Part shown: positions 62,101-64,000 of the stretch, in pieces
How positions within the stretch are numbered: position 1 is the first letter of the stretch
Layout: every line of letters starts with the position of its first letter
Assembly: GCA_047495785.1 (NCBI GenBank)
Contig: JBLDXI010000010.1
Location: 186,001 to 250,000, forward strand
DNA length: 64,000 bases
Reading direction: 5' to 3'
Origin: Lepidodermella squamata
Taxonomy: Eukaryota; Animalia; Gastrotricha
Notes under the pieces: model-generated
The model's input: only the letters and a program-made list of their open reading frames with translations
Databases searched by the model: none
What the model was told of the DNA's origin: nothing
Program-made: the position numbers and the translations under genes

Positions 62101-62647
62101 AAGATCGCTATCGCGCGGTTGTTTTTCAGCCCATTCATAAAGCCGTTCGACGACTTCCTCGTTGTCGCGGAAGAATACAGACGATTCCACGCCCGGTAAA
62201 AGGCTGAGCAATAGCCGCGTTGCCATTACTTGCACAGGACCCGGGTCGCCCCTCGCAGTGCAGTAATCATCCACCATCTATATATGTTTTGATTTACGAT
62301 AGGAAGTGAACTAACAATATACTTACGCGTTGAATCAACCCATCTTCTTTAAATATTCTTTTCAGAATTGAGCCGTACTGACACTCAGGCTTGACCTTAG
62401 CTACAAAAGCACGATATAATTACGATACGAAGTCCAAGTATCATAATAACTCACATGGATGGCGATCGTCGAACGGATCGGGATTGTGTTTCCAAAAGAG
62501 GATACCTTCCTGTTCAACTATTTCAGTCAGACTCGTCAAGAAAGGGAGAGGATCGTGCCCTGCTCGAGAGATATCCGCATCCCATTGCTCGAGCAAGTCC
62601 GAAACAAGCTGGGATGCGTTTCCAGCTCTTCCGGAACGCTCAGGCAT
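56195..62647 (-). CDS. DCAF1: DCAF1/VprBP CRL4 substrate receptor; exons approx. 62647-62455, 62400-62327, 62277-62021, 61964-57943, 56868-56453, 56383-56195
   Basis: PDPFDDRHP, KTPVTEADAIR, EPVLQDK..EH, LisH-like segment, FSRFQPIRT, HKFDKLN..GVFHPSGLEVIIN.EVWDLRT, acidic tail. Confidence 0.93.
57040..57440 (+). pseudogene. Tc1/mariner transposase relic in a DCAF1 intron
   Basis: RLVKRFENHGKVDDSPRSGRPK, ILRTRLKFHPYKMYITQQL and a frameshifted GP.YFEGNVDGAEY segment. Confidence 0.7.
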
Positions 62648-63860
62648 TATCAATTAATACAATCAGTATCTAATAGATATATATATATATAAATTATTGT
62701 GACTGTTAGGTAAGGCATGGGGGAAATGGCGAATAGCGACGAATAGGTTTATCCAGTTTGGCTATTCGGCCAGGTTGGGAAATGCTGTAATATTATCCAT
62801 GTCCTTCCACAGATTCTGGTCCGACAAACAACAATATCACGTGTAAATTAATAATTGATGCCATATCTGTAGCTTCACACAGACAGACAGGCAGATTCAA
62901 GAATTCTTGCAAAGGTATGTAAGGTAACGTTAAGTAGCAACCACTTCTACAACAAGCAGCTACAATGGGCTTCAAGCCAAAATACGTACTGAATTATACA
63001 GCTGGTTAGAACTTGCCCTGAGCCGTTAGTTGAGCCCAGATTCGACAGCTAAAACAGGTTTGCTATACCGCATGCCTTGACTCGGACATTATCCGTTTGA
63101 TAAAACAAGGGCATCATCTGCCATCTGCCGATGAATATGCCTTCGTCCTTCGTCGTTTTCGCTACATTTGCGCAGCTGAAACCCTGTCACGTGGGCACGC
63201 ATGCTGGAAGGTCACGGGTGCCGTCGCGCCAAAACACCTGATTTTGAAAAATTAATTTTGAAAATCATATTTAAATAGCTTTATGCCAATGCTGAACTAA
63301 ATTGACGCTGCTATAATAAAAAGTTCAAAGCGTAAAAGGCAACGAAATTGGACGTCTTCGAAGGACTAAGGACTCTCGACTTTCGACGCTTTTTCGATGA
63401 CGCCGGCTGCAGACTGACGGTACAAAGCTCTGCACTGCGCTTTTCTGCCAGAATGTACTGTTTAACGGAGGCTGGCGGGTGTGGTCGTTTTGGTGGCGTA
63501 ACCGTAACACTCAGAGGGGATTTTTCACAAATTGATCCCAGTTTCAACTTCAGGGAATGCATTTTTCTATCCTCCCCAGAACCGTAATAACTGCTAAATC
63601 ATCACCGTCCCTTTTCCGTACCTCGCTGTCAAAACCGCAAACTGCACGTCAGCGACTCGATGCTTTCGTCTGCATTACGAGGATTGGATCAGTTGTATCA
63701 ATCATCATCTCCATCTCACTATACATAGATTTGAAAGGCTTGGGACGCCGGAAATAAACAATGGGGCCGAAGAATGAACAATTTCTACTTTAAAAGCACC
63801 AATAAGCCTTAATTAATGCCTAAATATGTTCAGGCTTGCTTATTAATTTGAATTTACATC

Positions 63861-64000
63861 ATGGATGCCAAGTTGGAGACGCTATTCCAGCACATTGACA
63901 AGAGGCAGCAGCACTATATTGATCGTTTGGCTGAAGCTGTAGCCATTAAAAGTGTATCTGCTTGGCCTCATACTCGTGATGAATGCGTGCGTATGGTAAA
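63861..64000 (+). CDS. CNDP2: Start of cytosolic non-specific dipeptidase (M20 family)
   Basis: MDAKLETLFQHIDKRQQHYIDRLAEAVAIKSVSAWPHTRDECVRM matches the CNDP2 N-terminus. Confidence 0.8.
   Translation, partial: MDAKLETLFQHIDKRQQHYIDRLAEAVAIKSVSAWPHTRDECVRMV

Noticed and set aside
62793-63757. Minus-strand gene between DCAF1 and CNDP2
   Set aside because: The coding-like pieces contain in-frame stops and I recognise no homology.

Overview
Gene-dense metazoan genomic DNA: short ~50-60 nt GT-AG introns, TTAGGG repeats and stem-loop histone genes; the species cannot be determined. Host genes are a peptide-type GPCR, TARBP1/Trm3 with a nested Brambleberry/Gex1-like gene, four small paralogues of a family I do not recognise, two UGTs (one frameshifted), cathepsin L, an H2A/H2B pair, a SOCS-box protein, DCAF1 and the start of CNDP2. 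The centrepiece (~32.6-48.0 kb) is a decayed Polinton/Maverick (adintovirus-like) endogenous virus. Its apparently fragmented ORFs are mostly explained by 14 complete and 1 partial host-sized spliceosomal introns in pPolB, ATPase, major capsid, penton and integrase; splicing restores the conserved motifs, and none of these introns is phase 0. The element also carries a TBP-like gene, a tandem PC4-like gene, a divergent pair of tRNA-like Pol III units, and a TTAGGG-rich terminal region ending in a Polinton-type ACTACT terminus. It lies between two near-identical 480-bp direct repeats, one interrupted by a 3'-truncated, RT-less LINE with a 36-bp TSD. Several MITEs and transposase relics are also present. 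All gene models and family calls were made by eye, without database searches.
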